A stretch of 64,000 nt of DNA from a virus (Duplodnaviria > Caudoviricetes): the IMG/VR virus record IMGVR_UViG_3300042445_001485. One strand, 5' to 3'. Under the pieces are notes generated by a model. That model was given only the letters and a program-made list of their open reading frames with translations. It was not told the DNA's origin and searched no databases. Made by a program: the position numbers and the translations under genes. Shown here piece after piece: positions 26,019-35,776 of the stretch. Position 1 is the first letter of the stretch; each line of letters opens with the position of its first letter.

Positions 26019-26171
26019 TCATATTGCCCACTTTTTTTGTTGTTCTTGGTTATAGAAATTGATCCAATACTCAACTTCGGCAGTTGATTTTGGTTGCTTG
26101 CTAACTACATAATATTCCACGCTGTCTTGGTAAGTTGGCGTTGTGAATAGACTTTTGATCCATTTTAACAT
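26019..26171 (-). CDS. small protein (DUF3563-like)
   Basis: AAGGAG Shine-Dalgarno, MLKWIKSLFTTPTYQDSVEYY. Confidence 0.55.
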   Translation of the reverse strand: MLKWIKSLFTTPTYQDSVEYYVVSKQPKSTAEVEYWINFYNQEQQKKWAI

Positions 26172-26236
26172 TTTAATCTCCTTAGTAGAAACCTTATTAG
26201 TGTTTCTACTAGTATTTATCATGCACTGCAACAAAG

Positions 26237-27091
26237 TTAAGAGAATCGCACCGATTTTACAAATTGCCTTGCGGCCAAATGATCTAAGTCTAGGGGAGTC
26301 GTTAGGTCTGCTAGGGGAAAACTGGCATTGGTGTAACAGTACTGCCAAGCACCAAAGAACTCTTGATTTTTGAGATAGTAGTTGTACATCTGCATGTACT
26401 TCGCATCTGCTTGCTCTGGTGTTCTAGCAAAAAAACGCACAACAAAATCTGCACTATAGTGTCTAAAAGGCTTGAACGCTTCCGCGGCTATGTACTGATC
26501 ATTGTCTTCGGCCAGGTCCTGTATAGTTTTGCCAATTTCCGCATAGTTTAAAAAAACTGTGCCCGGGCGCCAAATATGTACAGCATGAGTATAATCGGAA
26601 TCTCTTAGCACTTGGTCTTTGGGCAAACCAAACCAGGTGACCACATGCCTGGCGTCAGCGCCGCGGGCAACACTTTCACAACGATGTACTAGTATGTTTA
26701 GATCCGCTAGTGCTCGGCGCACAGAATCTGGCGCTCGTAACCAAAATTCGCTATTCTGTTGGTCCAGTAAACCGTGATAGCGTTCAAAGATATTATGTAA
26801 GTAGTTTAGGGTGTCTTGATCTGTGACGGTGTCAAGTGTACGATCAATGATTGGTTGATGAGAATTTATTAGACTAATACATTTGTTGATCTGTAGCAAT
26901 GCCGTTTCAACCTGATCGCTGCCTAGGCCATAAAATCTAGCAGGATCATCAATGGGGTACTGGGCTTGTGCTGTTTCCACACGCTCTATCCAACGAGCAA
27001 CCACAGGATTATTTCTTAACTGAAATTCTAAGGTAATACAATCATCTAGATCTTCGGGGTCAGCATAATCGATTAACAGTTTTTTATACAT
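26237..27091 (-). CDS. hypothetical phage protein
   Basis: 284-aa ORF; TATAAT 6 nt upstream of ATG. Confidence 0.8.
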   Translation of the reverse strand: MYKKLLIDYADPEDLDDCITLEFQLRNNPVVARWIERVETAQAQYPIDDPARFYGLGSDQVETALLQINKCISLINSHQPIIDRTLDTVTDQDTLNYLHNIFERYHGLLDQQNSEFWLRAPDSVRRALADLNILVHRCESVARGADARHVVTWFGLPKDQVLRDSDYTHAVHIWRPGTVFLNYAEIGKTIQDLAEDNDQYIAAEAFKPFRHYSADFVVRFFARTPEQADAKYMQMYNYYLKNQEFFGAWQYCYTNASFPLADLTTPLDLDHLAARQFVKSVRFS

Positions 27092-27111
27092 CTAGCAATT
27101 ATACTAGAAAA

Positions 27112-27615
27112 TCAGCACTTTGTAAAGTCTTGGTACTTGAACCACTTTTTCATTCTGTGAGCTGTTTTTAAGTTTATTCCGTATTCGGCCATTCTGTCAC
27201 GGTATATGAAGAAGGCTGATCGATGTGTCATTCTACGATCTTCCCCGCGACTTTCATAGTATTCGCCTACGACATCCCATTCGTATTGGTGTGCCATTTC
27301 GTGTGCCACTGTTGTGACCATCCACTGAACACAAAACCACTTGTCGCTGATCTTCATAGTGCAATACGTGCCGGGATTGGTCATTTCGTCATGTCCGGTA
27401 CATTCACCCCAGAATCCTTTGAATTGTCCCACTGTGATTGGTGGCCGCTTTAGTTCGTTGTCAAAAATATAACGGTTTACAATATTATATGTGTATATAA
27501 TTTCATCAGTGGTAGGTCGGTACAGTTTCCGTCGTTGCTCTGTTAAAGAGGGCAACGGAGCCTGCATCATCGCTCGAATTGGGTTGGGTCTTGCCATAGA
27601 AAATGCTCCAGACAA
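27112..27615 (-). CDS. SprT-like zinc metalloprotease
   Basis: HEMAH, plus downstream H...F. Confidence 0.75.
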   Translation of the reverse strand: MSGAFSMARPNPIRAMMQAPLPSLTEQRRKLYRPTTDEIIYTYNIVNRYIFDNELKRPPITVGQFKGFWGECTGHDEMTNPGTYCTMKISDKWFCVQWMVTTVAHEMAHQYEWDVVGEYYESRGEDRRMTHRSAFFIYRDRMAEYGINLKTAHRMKKWFKYQDFTKC

Positions 27616-27662
27616 TCGTATTTAACGACTGTGCTGGAGCAATTATACTATGCTAAAACTAC

Positions 27663-28472
27663 TTATCTGAATGTAATTTGTCCAACTACAGCATTGGGTT
27701 TTGCCAATGCTTCTGCCCGCTTTTGCTTATATTCTGTGTTATCCACATCTAAGAGCTTGATTTCTGTACCGGATGTGGTACTAACCTTTTCTGCGGGTTT
27801 TGCGGCTTCGGGAACCACAACAGGCTCAACTTTAGATTGGGGTTGTACTATGGTTTCTCCACGATCCAGGCTTTCACGATCAAGCTCGGCCTTGCGATTG
27901 CGCTCAACTTGCTCTTTCAATTCCTGTTCTGCGCGACGGGCATTTACAGCCTGGTTTCGTTGTGCTCGAGATGCAAGTTCTGCAGTCAACAACTGATTGG
28001 CATCTCCTAGGGGGTAACGCATCAACACAAACACACGGAAGGTCGACCCTTCTTGTGTGATCTGACTGTCTACTTTGTGGTGCCCAATAATGGTTGCACT
28101 AGCAACTTTACGAGTCAACATCTCAGCACTCTCAGCACCATACTTGCCTCCGGTGTCTGTCTTGAAGCTCTTGATCATGGCTTCGACTTGACTCTTCATT
28201 TGGAATGCCAACTTGGCGTCGGCATCCAGCGTGGCTTTCTGCACAGTCATGCCCAAGAATGGACCTGTTGCTTCGCCCACAACAAAGATATGTTGTGCTG
28301 TGTTCTCAGGTGGTTGTATAAACCAGTCCGGAACTTTCAGTGTGGGCACCACTGTGCCTTGTGCTTTCAGCACCGTGGTAGGTAAGGTTTGTTCAACCTT
28401 GGTCTGTGGATTTGCCGCACAGCCTGCAAACAGCAAACTCAAAACACTCAATGCAATTAAACTACGATTCAT
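27663..28472 (-). CDS. lipoprotein (LPP20-like)
   Basis: Lipobox FAGC; VPDWF...A...A...A...LA pattern. Confidence 0.7.
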   Translation of the reverse strand: MNRSLIALSVLSLLFAGCAANPQTKVEQTLPTTVLKAQGTVVPTLKVPDWFIQPPENTAQHIFVVGEATGPFLGMTVQKATLDADAKLAFQMKSQVEAMIKSFKTDTGGKYGAESAEMLTRKVASATIIGHHKVDSQITQEGSTFRVFVLMRYPLGDANQLLTAELASRAQRNQAVNARRAEQELKEQVERNRKAELDRESLDRGETIVQPQSKVEPVVVPEAAKPAEKVSTTSGTEIKLLDVDNTEYKQKRAEALAKPNAVVGQITFR

Positions 28473-28524
28473 TTTAAACCTCTCGGGTTAGTTAATATAA
28501 CACAACTATACTATAGAACTCTTT

Positions 28525-29094
28525 TTAGAACAAGTCTACAACTTGCCATTTTCCGGGTTGCATAGTACACATGATTCCAGCAAAACCAACAGGTTTTCCC
28601 AAGTGTGCTTCTTTATAGGAAAACCACTTGCAGTCGGTGCCTTGGTGCCTAAATGGTCGAGGATAGCGGTGGAACACGCCCACTTCACTTTCCTGTATCC
28701 AATCACCAACCTGAATCCGTTCACGAATTCGGATAGGTGGGGCATCAGTACACACCATACTGGATTCTGAGTTAACCACAGGGTCATCTACAGGGATTAA
28801 AAATCTTGCCTGTGCAATATCACGAGCATTGGAACAGGCCTGCTGATCCGTCTCTGCGATTCCTTCGCCTTCTGCGTCTTGCCATTCGTTATTGATCTGC
28901 ACACGCATGGTGGCTATACATTTACGAAGCCCGTTATAGGGCAGTTTGATTTCTTTTACATCTGCAATTCGTTGCAATTGGCTGGTGCCAGAAACAACTG
29001 TTGCTGAACGCACATAACACTGGGCCGCCGCCGAAGTGGCCATAGCCAGTGCTATGGCCGTTATGAGCGGGCGCATTCTGTTCTTAGTGTCCAT
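28525..29094 (-). CDS. secreted Cys-containing hypothetical protein; probable start 29076
   Basis: Signal peptide ending AAA-QC. Confidence 0.7.
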   Translation of the reverse strand: MDTKNRMRPLITAIALAMATSAAAQCYVRSATVVSGTSQLQRIADVKEIKLPYNGLRKCIATMRVQINNEWQDAEGEGIAETDQQACSNARDIAQARFLIPVDDPVVNSESSMVCTDAPPIRIRERIQVGDWIQESEVGVFHRYPRPFRHQGTDCKWFSYKEAHLGKPVGFAGIMCTMQPGKWQVVDLF

Positions 29095-29351
29095 ATCTTC
29101 AACTTTGTTAGAGTATAAAATTTCTTACTAATTGTGTCGGGCCGGTCATTGCCCACCACGCCATCTACCACATAAAATTTTCTTGCGGTCAACTGTTGTT
29201 CCAATTGTGCAATTTGACTTGCCTGACGACGGCAATCAATTTGAAATGCGGCAACTTCTTGTTCAGTCATCAAACGGACTGGCGCAGGCGGGGGAGCCGA
29301 CGCACAGCCAGTCAGGGCCAGGGCTAGTATTAGACCGTAACGGATTTCCAT
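29061..29351 (-). CDS. small lipoprotein
   Basis: Lipobox LTGC. Confidence 0.65.
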   Translation of the reverse strand: MEIRYGLILALALTGCASAPPPAPVRLMTEQEVAAFQIDCRRQASQIAQLEQQLTARKFYVVDGVVGNDRPDTISKKFYTLTKLKIWTLRTECARS

Positions 29352-29518
29352 GAGTCTGCCTTGGGTTGGCGATGGAATGTCGCCACAGAGCGAATGGCTC
29401 GCTCGGCCTCTTTCTCCTGAACTTGGGCGTTACGCATGACATAACGCACAGCCTCGCGGGTGCGAAACTGTAGTTGGAACACGGCTTGATTAGCCATCTC
29501 TTCGGTACGCTCATTCAT
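29330..29518 (-). CDS. small hypothetical protein
   Basis: Operon coupling. Confidence 0.55.
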   Translation of the reverse strand: MNERTEEMANQAVFQLQFRTREAVRYVMRNAQVQEKEAERAIRSVATFHRQPKADSWKSVTV

Positions 29519-29699
29519 CGTTTTCTCCTTGGTTGCGATGTTTAGGGTTGCGTTGAAACTTGTTTTTAACAGTCACAGTCTTGGGACGAAACGGAGTGTT
29601 TTGTGCAAACAGCACAAAGTGCGCCCGTGGACTGGGATTCTGTTTCAGTTTCAGTTTGATTTTCACTTCAGTCTCCGCTGTCAATCTGATAACAGTCAT
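29511..29699 (-). CDS. small basic hypothetical protein
   Basis: RAHFVLFAQNTPFRPK motif; operon coupling. Confidence 0.55.
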   Translation of the reverse strand: MTVIRLTAETEVKIKLKLKQNPSPRAHFVLFAQNTPFRPKTVTVKNKFQRNPKHRNQGENDE

Positions 29700-29952
29700 T
29701 ACAGTGTTGGCAAGTGTATTCAGTTAAACAACGACCAACAGTCTTACTGGTGTAAGAATGTGTGCATGGCTCGCCATGCTGATTGTGATTGACCTTGCCA
29801 GTGGAACGACCAAACATGTATTGGCTGCCACAATTTCTACACGGTAGTGTGTCAGTTTCACGATCATATCCGGCTAGTACACTTTTGTGTTGATGTCCAC
29901 CAGCAGGTACGCGACAGGTTCCGTTGCAAACGGGGCAGGTTCCTTGTGTCAT
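29668..29952 (-). CDS. zinc-finger hypothetical protein
   Basis: CPVCNG, CRNCG, CQHC, terminal IDSGD. Confidence 0.7.
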   Translation of the reverse strand: MTQGTCPVCNGTCRVPAGGHQHKSVLAGYDRETDTLPCRNCGSQYMFGRSTGKVNHNQHGEPCTHSYTSKTVGRCLTEYTCQHCNDCYQIDSGD

Positions 29953-30046
29953 TTTACAAATTCCTCAATTAATACACAGGCCAACATTAGCCAAACAGGA
30001 GCCATAACAATGGCCAAATTTACGATTGCTTGCATACTGATTCCTA

Positions 30047-30274
30047 TCATTTCAAAATATGATTGACCACTTGCGAACGCACAAATGCATTTTCAATCTT
30101 GTCCAAATTTTGTATGGCTTGCACTTTTAACATTCTTGCGGCAGGGTCTGTTTCTTGATATTGCACATAAGTCATCAATGCACTCTGCTCCATGCCTTTG
30201 GCACAGGCACCAAGAATCGCTAATCCGCCAACTACCAAAACCCATGTGGGTAGTGATAAGATAAAATCAATCAT
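30047..30274 (-). CDS. small membrane protein
   Basis: N-terminal TM; coupled to the upstream stop. Confidence 0.55.
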   Translation of the reverse strand: MIDFILSLPTWVLVVGGLAILGACAKGMEQSALMTYVQYQETDPAARMLKVQAIQNLDKIENAFVRSQVVNHILK

Positions 30275-30646
30275 TTAAGCCACCTTTCGAAAATAACCAT
30301 AGGGCAAGCCCTGGGTGAAAGCAAAATACTCCGAGTCGCCATTGGCGTGTTCGGCCTCCATGAGCCATGCAATCACACGCTCGCGGTTTGTACCAGTGTG
30401 CATAAGATTCAGCACACGGTCTTCAAACCGCACAATGGCTTCGGCTTCTGCGGCCTTGCGAGCCGTTTCTTCTTGCTCGATCGCTTCGCCCAGTATTTTA
30501 AATTCGGCTTCAAAGTATTCCAGGGTCCAACCACTGGTGTCGACACCACGAGGGCGGACGCCATAAGCATCTTTGTACATGTCACTGTAGGTGGCCTGAG
30601 CTTGCTCCAGTGCAGACATTTCTTCCCAACTTTTGAACTGTTCCAT
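30275..30646 (-). CDS. early hypothetical phage protein
   Basis: AAAAAGGAG Shine-Dalgarno; YSDMYKDAYGVRPR motif. Confidence 0.8.
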   Translation of the reverse strand: MEQFKSWEEMSALEQAQATYSDMYKDAYGVRPRGVDTSGWTLEYFEAEFKILGEAIEQEETARKAAEAEAIVRFEDRVLNLMHTGTNRERVIAWLMEAEHANGDSEYFAFTQGLPYGYFRKVA

Positions 30647-30676
30647 TGCTGACTCCTTTTTACTTACTATGCCACT

Positions 30677-30705
30677 ATTATACAAAAGAAATCTTTTCGA
30701 GTCAA
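30677..30705 (-). promoter_or_regulatory. early promoter cassette
   Basis: TTGACT-N17-TATAAT. Confidence 0.85.
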
Positions 30706-30833
30706 CCGTTTAACTGCTTGATCAGCAACTGATGCAGGGTGGGTTTGAGCCCCATGCGTTTGCGAAACAGTTCGCCCAGTGTTGGCTTTTTGGTTTTTGT
30801 CATCTGCTTTTCCTTTTTTGTTTTCATGTTCTA

Positions 30834-30862
30834 ATTATACTAATGATTCCATTTCGGATCAA
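30834..30862 (-). promoter_or_regulatory. early promoter cassette
   Basis: TTGATC-N17-TATAAT, 6 nt before a small ORF ATG (30827). Confidence 0.7.
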
Positions 30863-31092
30863 CCAAATACTTTATACAAACCCAAAACACACAGGACTAT
30901 GGCTACGCCATTAATGATCATCTGTTGTTTATTTGCAACACGAATAGCCCATGCAAAAAAGCATACAGCACCGCCTAGTCCCATTATAATGTTCCAGGGG
31001 TAGAGATTGGGGAAAAAGTTCATAATTGCATACATCACTAAGATAAATGCTGTTCCAATCCACTGTATAATTTCATTGATTTTTAAGTTCAT
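30859..31092 (-). CDS. small multi-TM membrane protein
   Basis: Start MNLKINEIIQW, 6 nt after TATAAT; about 3 hydrophobic segments. Confidence 0.65.
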   Translation of the reverse strand: MNLKINEIIQWIGTAFILVMYAIMNFFPNLYPWNIIMGLGGAVCFFAWAIRVANKQQMIINGVAIVLCVLGLYKVFG

Positions 31093-31098
31093 ACAAAT

Positions 31099-31127
31099 AT
31101 TATACAAAAGATACCATTGTGAGTCAA
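31099..31127 (-). promoter_or_regulatory. early promoter cassette
   Basis: TTGACT-N17-TATAAT. Confidence 0.85.
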
Positions 31128-31134
31128 CCAAAAG

Positions 31135-31158
31135 AAAAGCCCCAAACGGGGCTTTTTT
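31135..31158 (-). terminator. intrinsic terminator
   Basis: aaaagcccc-aaac-ggggctttttt. Confidence 0.8.
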
Positions 31159-31165
31159 GTAACAG

Positions 31166-31204
31166 AAAGTACTACCGGTAAAAGTAGTACTAGAGTATTA
31201 CTTT
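31166..31204. repeat. AGTACT-rich repeat
   Basis: aaagtactac...aaaagtagtactagagtattacttt. Confidence 0.7.
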
Positions 31205-31476
31205 GCTTTAGCGGTCTTGGGAGCGAAAACTGCCAACATGTCTTGAGTGGCTTTGACATAGTCAAATTTTGTCACGGCTTCCATTTGCTTGACCATTTCA
31301 CTGGTCAATGTGGTCACTGTATCAGTGCCAACTTTGGCGGCTCGTTTGGTGTAGTCGGCTTGTGCGTCAATGAATTTGATCATTGCTTCTTTGGTTGCTT
31401 CGTTTGTAACAAATGTGTTAACAAATGTTTTTTTACCAGTTTGAACTGTGTCGATGATTGCGTCTGCTGTAAACAT
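31198..31476 (-). CDS. small helical protein, phasin-like (tentative)
   Basis: Ala/Thr/Lys-rich amphipathic helices with no Cys, Trp or His; strong Shine-Dalgarno. Confidence 0.5.
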   Translation of the reverse strand: MFTADAIIDTVQTGKKTFVNTFVTNEATKEAMIKFIDAQADYTKRAAKVGTDTVTTLTSEMVKQMEAVTKFDYVKATQDMLAVFAPKTAKAK

Positions 31477-31669
31477 AATTTCTTTCCTTTATATAAGCGA
31501 AATTTACTTTTCTAAGAGCCCACCTGATTGCGGCACCCTACAAAGTATTTAGCAATTATACTAGTGGTAAACCATGAAAGTCAATGGTTTTCTCTAGTGA
31601 GCTGTCACTAAATAATAGTGTAATACTTAAAAGAGTAAATACAAGTATATTTCAATTTAGGAGATCAAA

Positions 31670-31945
31670 ATGGAAATTTTAATTGTTGCTCTAGTAGCAG
31701 TGGGCTTTTGGTTAGTTTGGCAAGCAAACAAATCTAAAAGGTTTGATATTAACAAAGACGGCAAAGTAGACATGGCAGATGCTCAAGCCGCAGTGGTCAA
31801 AGTTGAGGAAGCTGTTGTTGCCGAAGTTAAAGAAGCTGTTGAAGAAGTCAAAGTTGTTGCCAAGAAAACTGCTACTCGGGCCAAAGCCGCTGGTGACGCA
31901 GTAAAAAAGGCCACTACACGGACTAAAAAAACCACCGCTGAGTAA
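31670..31945 (+). CDS. membrane-anchored protein with EF-hand-like loop
   Basis: N-terminal TM, DINKDGKVDMAD, Lys/Ala-rich tail. Confidence 0.7.
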   Translation: MEILIVALVAVGFWLVWQANKSKRFDINKDGKVDMADAQAAVVKVEEAVVAEVKEAVEEVKVVAKKTATRAKAAGDAVKKATTRTKKTTAE

Positions 31946-33042
31946 TGTCAAGACTTGATTTTGGGGTGTTGGTAAACAGTCCAACCTGTAAATTCCATCT
32001 CGATCATTTTCAGAACAACAACATCCAAGAGTGGGCCATCTATCATGATTCGCCCACTTATTTTCTGCAATTTCAACATCGTGCTCGTGCGGCATTATTG
32101 CATTGGCCATTTCCCGATAATCCCGAATTTGATACGCTAGTTGATCAGTTATACGATCATTGCGAAATTATTGTAATCACAATAACTGAATTACATAATA
32201 GTAGTATCAATTTTATGCGTCGATTTGACCGACCTAAGATTGTGTTTTATATTGCTGGTTTTATACAAGAACCGTTAAAGTCAGCTCAAGTAAAAAACTA
32301 CATGGATTGGTTCCACACCAGCAGGCATTTTTATCGAAACTACCTGCCTGAGATCCTACAGCGAATCAAACCTGGTGCTATTGAAAATTATTTTGACATA
32401 CTGTTGGGTCGTAAAAAACCACACAGGGATTATATCAATCAATATGTTACTAAAAATCTTCGTACTGAACAATATTTCCTAACCTATTTCAACGAGCACG
32501 ACATTGACTTTGCTGAAAATGAATTGCTATGGGCTTGGGAACAGCCCGGCCTTCGTTTCATTGATCGTCCAAAATGGACAGTAGACATGGTTGAATACTT
32601 TGGTTTGAAGATGAGTATTAGCCAAGTAATTCCCATCGACATATACAATCGCACTGCTTATTCAGTTGTAGCAGAGACTTGCTACTCAAACGAGTTTGTA
32701 TTCTTTACTGAAAAAACTGCCAAGCCAATAATTGCCAGGCGTCTATTTGTTATGTTTGCCGGACAAGGGTATCTGGCACGCCTACAACAACTAGGCTTTC
32801 GAACCTTTGACAGTATAATTGATGAAAGTTATGATCAAGAATCAGATCCTGTTCGTAGATGGGGCATGGCCTGTGATCAACTACTATTGTTAACACAAAA
32901 ACCTCAGGACCAAGTATTAACACAGATAAAGCCCATTGTGGATCATAATTTTAAAATTATGATGAACAGCAATTGGTATACTGATTTTAGTTCTGATTTA
33001 GAAAACCTGCTTGGTACACTTGCTGAGCAAACTCGGCGCTAG
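31945..33042 (+). CDS. glycosyltransferase-like protein (GT10-like motif, tentative)
   Basis: VAET...FTEKTAKP...GFRTFDSIIDESYD; paralogue of 40436-41572. Confidence 0.6.
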   Translation: MSRLDFGVLVNSPTCKFHLDHFQNNNIQEWAIYHDSPTYFLQFQHRARAALLHWPFPDNPEFDTLVDQLYDHCEIIVITITELHNSSINFMRRFDRPKIVFYIAGFIQEPLKSAQVKNYMDWFHTSRHFYRNYLPEILQRIKPGAIENYFDILLGRKKPHRDYINQYVTKNLRTEQYFLTYFNEHDIDFAENELLWAWEQPGLRFIDRPKWTVDMVEYFGLKMSISQVIPIDIYNRTAYSVVAETCYSNEFVFFTEKTAKPIIARRLFVMFAGQGYLARLQQLGFRTFDSIIDESYDQESDPVRRWGMACDQLLLLTQKPQDQVLTQIKPIVDHNFKIMMNSNWYTDFSSDLENLLGTLAEQTRR

Positions 33043-34030
33043 CCAGGTTCTTGCCCTTGGCCTCGCACATGATATCAAATTTCTGGCTAAATTGTGCGGC
33101 CCACTGATTGGTAGCTTGATTCCAAAAGAAATCACTGTGTGCCCGTAGTTTTTGTTTCTTGCGACCTTCTGCCAACAAGGCCTGATAGTCGGGACGCACA
33201 GTGGCATCATGTCCTACTAGGTAGTCTTCACGACTACAGGAATAATGCATAGTAGGACGTATGCCGCGCCAACTGTTAAGAATCCGTGAAATTCGGGCAT
33301 CGCCGGGATCCAAGTAATCCCCTTCTCGTATCCAATAATGATGGATGTCAAGAACAGTAGGTATAATATCGCTAAGACTGAGACAAGTATCAAGACCATG
33401 TGAATTCTCCTCGTTTTCTACGGTGATGCAGTTACGGGCCTCGGGACTGAGACGACCATGCACAGCTCGCATGCCTTCAGCACCGCGTTTGCCTGAAATA
33501 TGTATGTTGATTTTAAAATCCTGAAAAGACTTACCAAATCCCATCCACCGTGCCAGGTCTGCATGGTATTCAAATTCCAGTATGCTACGCTCCACAATCG
33601 CATCCGATTCAGAAGCCAACACACAAAATTGTCCAGGATGGAAACTAAGGCGCACACCCAGGCGTCGTGCCGCTTCACCCACAGGGGCAAATATCTTTGC
33701 ACAATGGTCTTGGATTTCTGTTCGTTGCCACCAGTCAATCCAGTCTTTCTCAGTATAACCCTGTAACATTTCGCTACCTAGTCGAACCATGCGTAAATGT
33801 GGTGCAAGACTACCCACACGCTCAACCAGTCTGGTAGCGGCAGCCGCATTGTGGTTCATGATGTCCCACTGGCGTTGGTCAGCCTCGCCCTTGTGCTCTC
33901 TGAGCCAACGCATGGTAGTTGACCTACCGTTTAGGTCACGGTCCACAGCATTGACTTTCATGCCCCCACATTCACTGGGGTCATTGAGCCATTTGCAAGC
34001 AAAACCTATTCGGGGTGTAACTGTAGTCAT
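32987..34030 (-). CDS. uvdE: UV-damage endonuclease UvdE (UVDE)
   Basis: RIGFACK, RLSFHPGQF, NIHISG, ENEE, LDIHH, HYS, HSD, IMCEAKGK. Confidence 0.93.
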   Translation of the reverse strand: MTTVTPRIGFACKWLNDPSECGGMKVNAVDRDLNGRSTTMRWLREHKGEADQRQWDIMNHNAAAATRLVERVGSLAPHLRMVRLGSEMLQGYTEKDWIDWWQRTEIQDHCAKIFAPVGEAARRLGVRLSFHPGQFCVLASESDAIVERSILEFEYHADLARWMGFGKSFQDFKINIHISGKRGAEGMRAVHGRLSPEARNCITVENEENSHGLDTCLSLSDIIPTVLDIHHYWIREGDYLDPGDARISRILNSWRGIRPTMHYSCSREDYLVGHDATVRPDYQALLAEGRKKQKLRAHSDFFWNQATNQWAAQFSQKFDIMCEAKGKNLASAEFAQQVYQAGFLNQN

Positions 34031-34061
34031 ACTTGTATTATATACATACTTTATTTTATTG

Positions 34062-34499
34062 TCAACTGTAGATCCACCCTAAATGTTCCTTTTGGTGTAA
34101 CCAAGTAAAAATAGGTACCGTAAATGCCAATTCCCATCTGCCATTCCATCCCAAATGGGTCGCACCCCGAAGTATTTGATCCAGACTACTTTGTGAGTCT
34201 GCCCAAGGTTGTGGATAGTTGGGTGTATATGTTCCAGACCATTTTAGCCTGTCAGTTGTGATTCCTTCTACCGAGACCGAATCTACAACAACCATCATGT
34301 CTGGGGTGTCGTTGGTTTTGTTGGCAAACTCAAAGAAGAACCTGTGTGCTGTTGTAGATAAGTCTAGACTAAAGTGTAGCGTTACCTCATTGTCGATGAA
34401 AATTTTATTACATACTTCATTGTCTATGCCATAGGTAATCTCGGGACGACCCACACCCCGTAATGTAACAGCAAAGCTAGTATTATACTTGGTATCCAT
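34062..34499 (-). CDS. hypothetical protein
   Basis: 145 aa; coupled to the radical SAM gene. Confidence 0.7.
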   Translation of the reverse strand: MDTKYNTSFAVTLRGVGRPEITYGIDNEVCNKIFIDNEVTLHFSLDLSTTAHRFFFEFANKTNDTPDMMVVVDSVSVEGITTDRLKWSGTYTPNYPQPWADSQSSLDQILRGATHLGWNGRWELAFTVPIFTWLHQKEHLGWIYS

Positions 34500-35775
34500 G
34501 CTCTAATAAAAATTCTCGGTACTCGGGATAAATCTCTCGAGCATCCAATTTGAACTCGTTGTCCCATCTGGCCAACCAATGTATCAACTGCTCTCGTAAT
34601 TCTACAACATTGTCAGGTTCAGGTGCAGACAACATATTGATAACGGTTTCTGTGTGTCTGGCCAACATTTGTTCTATGTTGGCTACATTTCTTCCTGTGG
34701 TAAGTCCAACACGATCCGGAACCAGTTCAGTTAACTGTGCAAGTAGTTCTGTATATTTGGGAATCAAACCAGTTCTAATTTCCAAAGGCAATACACAGAT
34801 TTGTAAATATTCTGGTTCAGTCAACGGAATGCTTTGAATTGCCAACTTGTTTTGTAACGCCCATCTAATCAATTCATCATAGTTGTTCACGCTCAACAAT
34901 TGTGGCACTGTACGCAATACAATATTAAAAGTGTCGCTTTGATGTTGAGTCAATTCTAAAATAGTTTGCTTTACATCCGCGGTAACAGATCCTTGCCTAA
35001 TGTAATGGTTGTTGTCTTTGACACTTTCTATGCTGATTTCAATATCGCATGATCTAAATTGTTTTAGTCTAGCGACTGCTTGATCGTACAACATTGTGCC
35101 ATTGCTTACAAAACTAATGCTGATATCTGTGCGCCCCTGTGCTATTAGAAAATCCAGTAGTTCAATGAATCGTTTACTGAGCATGGGTTCGCCACCCATG
35201 AAATGTAGTCTATTTAAATGCTTGGTTTCTAGTATGCTGGTCTTAAAAGATTCCCAGGCTTGATCGTCCGCAGTCCAATTACGATTGGCAGTCGCATCTA
35301 TTAGTTTCCATTTTTGATAAATGCTACTAATCTTACTGCTGGCTCTAGGATAGCACATCTTACAGGCCAGGTTACACTCATTGCCCAAGTCTATGTGCCA
35401 ATCAACAGGCTGTCGATCTGTTACAGTAGCAAATGCATCACGCATGGGACTTTGAATATAACTGCGTTCGAATGCCCGCTCTGTAAAGATTACAGTTTTA
35501 AAGTTTTCACGGATGCGTCGACTTTCGTGCCCGTGTGCTTCTTCTTTGTAACAGTCCCTACAACCATTGATGGGTTCTGCTCCTTGGATAGCCCGACGCT
35601 TGGCCTGCATGGGCACAGAGTTGTACCACTGACCCACTGTCATGTTTTTAATATTGTATTGTGCAGGATCTGTGTGTGGCTGTTCTCGTTCACTGCAACA
35701 CAGGCCAAAACTGCCGTCCCAATAGATATGTGTATTCGTCCAAGGAACGCTACAAAATATTCGCTGATCAGGCAT
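34483..35775 (-). CDS. radical SAM protein with N-terminal SPASM/twitch-like Fe-S domain
   Basis: CNLACKMC (CxxxCxxC), FMGGEP, N-terminal CSVPW...CC...CRDC. Confidence 0.9.
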   Translation of the reverse strand: MPDQRIFCSVPWTNTHIYWDGSFGLCCSEREQPHTDPAQYNIKNMTVGQWYNSVPMQAKRRAIQGAEPINGCRDCYKEEAHGHESRRIRENFKTVIFTERAFERSYIQSPMRDAFATVTDRQPVDWHIDLGNECNLACKMCYPRASSKISSIYQKWKLIDATANRNWTADDQAWESFKTSILETKHLNRLHFMGGEPMLSKRFIELLDFLIAQGRTDISISFVSNGTMLYDQAVARLKQFRSCDIEISIESVKDNNHYIRQGSVTADVKQTILELTQHQSDTFNIVLRTVPQLLSVNNYDELIRWALQNKLAIQSIPLTEPEYLQICVLPLEIRTGLIPKYTELLAQLTELVPDRVGLTTGRNVANIEQMLARHTETVINMLSAPEPDNVVELREQLIHWLARWDNEFKLDAREIYPEYREFLLEHGYQV

Positions 35776-35776
35776 G

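Noticed and set aside
15934-31131. N-terminal extensions such as MTRKGIYCTILVLKLKKESK, MVDSKRHLLYNTCIEAKKESA and MVDSQWYLLYNIC on several ORFs, which look like a shared peptide motif
   Set aside because: They are translations of the repeated promoter/RBS cassette (TTG of the -35 box read as a start), not protein sequence.
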